Positions 61,256-64,000 of a stretch of DNA of 64,000 bases are shown here, in pieces (the stretch's first letter is position 1; each line of letters opens with the position of its first letter). The notes under the pieces were generated by a model. The model did not search any database. It had not been told where the DNA came from and saw only the letters and a list, made by a program, of their open reading frames with translations. Made by a program: the position numbers and the translations under genes. The stretch is from Octopus bimaculoides (lineage: Eukaryota). The stretch covers positions 144,423,821-144,487,820 of the forward strand of contig NC_068984.1 of the NCBI RefSeq assembly GCF_001194135.2. Reading direction: 5' to 3'.

Positions 61256-62139
61256 GGCTTCTTTCAGTTTCAGTCTCCTAGATCCATTCAAAAGGATTTG
61301 ATTGGCCCAAGGCTATAGTTGAAGACTTTGCCCGAGGTGCCATGCAGTAGGACTGAACTTGGAACCATATGGTTGGGAAGCAAGCTTCTTACCACACAGC
61401 CATCTCTATATATAAATATCTTTTATCTTTTACTTTCTCGGTCAACAGACTGCTGCCATGCTGGGGCAGTGTCTTGAAGAATTTTAGTCAAAGGGATGGA
61501 TGCCAGTACTTATTTCTTTCTTAGTCTGGTACTTATTATATCGGTCTCTTTTACCAAACTGCTAAGTTACAGAAACATGAACACACCAACATTGGTTGCC
61601 AAGTGGTGTGTGTGTATGTGTGTGGGGTATGCAACAAACATAGACACACACACACACACACACACACGACGGGGCTTCTTTCAGTTTCCATCTACTAAAT
61701 CTGCTCACTAGGTTTCGATTGACCCTGGGCTGTAGTAGAGGTCAAGCATTATTGCTACCACTATGATATGTGGATTTGCTTGCTGGTGATAGGAAGAAAT
61801 TAAAATGAGATTTGAGGAAGATTTGGTTACGGTTTCAAATGGACCAAGCAACCATTTAAGGTCCTGTGTTGGTATTTGTGATTTCTTTGGTTGTAGTCAC
61901 TCTTGTTGTTAGTGGTAGTAATAGTGGTGGTGGTGGTAGTAGTAGTTATTGCTGATTAGGATTTGTGGAAGTCTGCATAAATCGTTACATAACATCAATA
62001 GGAAATCAATGTAAGATTTATTTCTTTTCCAACACCTCAGCTAACCTCAAAACTCACACATCAGCAGTGAAATATTTTATCATATAAAGAAATATTTGAA
62101 GATAAACAACAAGCAATACTATAATAAGCCCAACGTCTG

Positions 62140-62810
62140 AGATTAGCAAGAAGGGATTAGCGGATACGGTCAATCCCAGCACTTGACTGGTTCTTTGTTT
62201 TATCAACCCCTGAAGGAGGAATGGCAAAAGTTAACCTTGGTGGGATTCAAATTCAAAACACAAAGGCTTGGAACTAAAACTGCAAGCCATATTGTTTAAC
62301 ATTCCAATGATTTCACCATTCCACCATTGTAATAGTAATAATAATAATAATAATAATCCTTTCTACTGGAGGCACAAGGCCTCAAATTTGTGGGGTGGGG
62401 ACTAGACGATTATATTGACCCCAGTGTTTCACTGGTACTTAATTTATCGACCCCGAAAGGATGAAAGGCAAAGTTGACCTCAGCAGAATTTGAACTCAGT
62501 TCATAGATGGGCAAAATACTGAGCATTTCGTCCAGCACGCTAATGATTCTGCCAGCTCGCCACCTTAATAATAATAATTCTTCCTGTTGTAGGCATAAGG
62601 CCTGAAATTTGGGGGAAGGATTAAGTCAATTACATCGACCCCCAGTACTCAACTGGTACTTAATTTATTGATCCTGAAAGGCAAAGCTGACTTTGGTGGG
62701 ATTGAACTCAGAAACTGAAGTTGGAAGAAATGCTGTTATGTATTTTGTCTGGCATGGTGACAATTCTGCGAGCTTGCCACATTAATAATTCTAATTTTGG
62801 CACAATGCCA
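62140..62810 (-). mobile_element. Three head-to-tail SINE family C copies
   Basis: Three repeats of ...GACCCC..TG...ACTGGTACTTAATTTA..GA...GAAAGG..AAAG.TGAC...TTGAACTCAG, separated by (TAA)n tracts. Confidence 0.75.
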
Positions 62811-64000
62811 GCAATTTTGAAGAGAAGCAATTAGGCAACACCATTGACCTCAGTACTTTATTCCATCAATGCCCTCCTTCTATGAAGGCCAGGGGTTGGA
62901 CAGTTTCACAGGAGCTGGCAAGACGGACGACTGCGGCAAACTCTGCTTTGGCATGGTTTTTACAGCTGGACACTTTTCCTAATGCCAACCACTTTACAGA
63001 GAGGACTGGATGCTTTTTACATGGCACCAGCACCAGTCAAGGTCTATTTTGGCATATTTCTTACAGCTGGATGCCCTTCCTTCTGGAGTTGATACAACAA
63101 AGGACCAGCAGAGTGATGGAATCAATGCTACTGACCAACCTGCTCCCTTTAAATTTCAGGCCTTGTACAAATCGTAGAAATCAATATTGTTATCAATATT
63201 ACTTGCTGTTTACCTGCTCTTATTTTTCTGTGTGGGGGAATATTTTATTGTTATATCAGTACAGACATAATTGCAGAGTAATGAAGTCAGCTTTGCCGCA
63301 GAAGTGCTTCCAGTGTTTTGATGCTAACGCAAGGCACACCTTGGGTAAGTGTCTTCAACTGTAGAGTGAAATTGTGATGGTGTGTGTCAGATAATTTCCT
63401 GTCTTCTGGGTGGGTCATGAAGCCAATAACACATGCACTGGCTTTATTTCACTTCTTTTATTATTATTAGCCAATTGGTTTTATGGCGGTGCGCTGGCAG
63501 AATTGGTATCCTGCTGGACAAAATGTTTAGAGCTATTTTGTCCGTCTTTAGGTTCTGAGTTCAAATTCCGCTGAAATCGACTTTGCCTTTCAGGCTTGAT
63601 CAAATAAGTACCAGTTGAGCATTGGGGGCGAGGTGTAATTGACCTACCACCCTCCCCCAAACTTACTGGCCTTGTGTCGATTATTAGTCAATTGGTTAAC
63701 TAATCAATTGTTTGATTAATTGTTTGGTCAATCAACAAATCAGCTAGATTTGTCAAAGTCCTGGTTTATATGCATACATTGATATTTGAGTGTGTGTGTT
63801 TGTGTACATATATGAATGGAAAAAACTATGCTAAAAGGTAGACTTTAGCCATTTGTTAAATAGAGATTGATAAAATAAGGAGTAGAGTAAACTAAGCACT
63901 GGAGTTAATATGAGAGAAGCTTCAAGGTTGGAAGTTCCAGCATGATCACAGTTCAATGACTGAATTTAGTAAAAGAATAAAAAAAATGAACTTGGTCAGT

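Overview
Eukaryotic, AT-rich, microsatellite- and SINE-dense scaffold with 16 N-gaps. The repeat landscape looks like a coleoid cephalopod, probably Octopus (inference, not verified). The only protein-coding gene I can support is a minus-strand, multi-exon oxysterol-binding-protein-related gene of the ORP1/ORP2 (OSBPL1A/OSBPL2) type. Nine exons of its lipid-binding (ORD) domain are visible between 57717 and about 1842. All internal junctions are GT-AG with consistent phases; only the last donor is uncertain. One expected ~119-nt coding block is absent from the called sequence (probably in a gap). The 5' exons, and probably the last exon(s), lie outside the window. Everything else is intronic: at least four SINE-like families, TTAA-targeting piggyBac-type MITEs, mariner, RTE and CR1-like relics, minisatellites and microsatellites. 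The most interesting signal is at 5171-5513: a tRNA-headed (Pol III box A/B) element whose 3' part is a minimal Penelope-type hammerhead ribozyme motif, in sense with the host pre-mRNA and preceded by an inverted antisense copy of itself. A second, unrelated hammerhead relic lies at 60873-60908. No CRISPR, rRNA, true tRNA or prokaryotic features were found. Repeat boundaries are approximate; exon and hairpin coordinates were counted by hand.
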